Virus record (IMG/VR): IMGVR_UViG_3300033182_000487
Location: 1-64,000 of that record
Length of the DNA stretch: 64,000 nucleotides
Direction: 5' to 3' (one strand)
From: a virus
Position 1 is the stretch's first letter; every line of letters begins with the position of its first letter. Positions 63,939 to 64,000 of the stretch are shown piece by piece. The translations under genes and the position numbers were made by a program. The notes beneath the pieces are model-generated. The model was given only the letters and a program-made list of their open reading frames with translations. It ran no database searches and had not been told where the DNA came from.

Positions 63939-64000
63939 TGCCACCCCGCCCTTCCATGGCCTCCATGGCCGTCTCAGACCGCGCCTTCATGCAGTACCTG
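63938..64000 (+). CDS. 5' end of a gene running off the window
   Basis: TGATG overlap; AGGAG RBS; open to the window edge. Confidence 0.5.
   Translation, partial: MPPRPSMASMAVSDRAFMQYL

Noticed and set aside
1-64000. Stop-codon reassignment (alternative genetic code)
   Set aside because: Conserved genes are intact in code 11, and TAG, TGA and TAA all terminate genes at expected positions.

Overview
This is a high-GC segment of a large (probably jumbo) tailed-phage genome; the host cannot be determined from the sequence. No rRNA, CRISPR array or canonical tRNA was seen. It contains four gene groups. (1) A divergently transcribed putative early cluster (6.9-14.9 kb) with a CobS/MoxR AAA ATPase, a CobT/VWA partner split into two genes, and SWIM and other Zn-finger proteins. 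The cluster has 7 copies of a GGTTGGAGC-N11-YCCGTA promoter-like motif and non-coding repeat/structured islands on both sides. (2) Nucleotide-metabolism and replication/recombination genes: intein-containing nrdA, nrdB, holA/holB/dnaX/dnaN-like, recA, recD2, ruvC, a split sbcC, sbcD, primase, SSB and topoisomerase IB. Many follow a GGGGGT-N17-GGGTA motif. (3) Putative late/virion genes behind a CGGTA-N6-CTAT motif. (4) Transcription factors: two divergent sigma-like proteins, a double region-4 HTH protein and NusG. Two systems stand out. The first is an apparent virion-cargo tagging system: a ~25-aa peptide (ALIRLAxxLPxGSxERxxIL) occurs 7 times, fused to unrelated late proteins or as stand-alone micro-genes. 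It is accompanied by a second tag (LRxILAEEGLL) and recurring [K/R]-x-A linkers that divide polyproteins, one of which embeds a sigma-factor-like domain. The second is a fractured structural gene joined by an atypically split Ser1/Thr+1 intein (32-aa IntN, 135-aa IntC) with a Vsr-like homing endonuclease between the halves. All product calls come from motif recognition by eye; no database searches were run.
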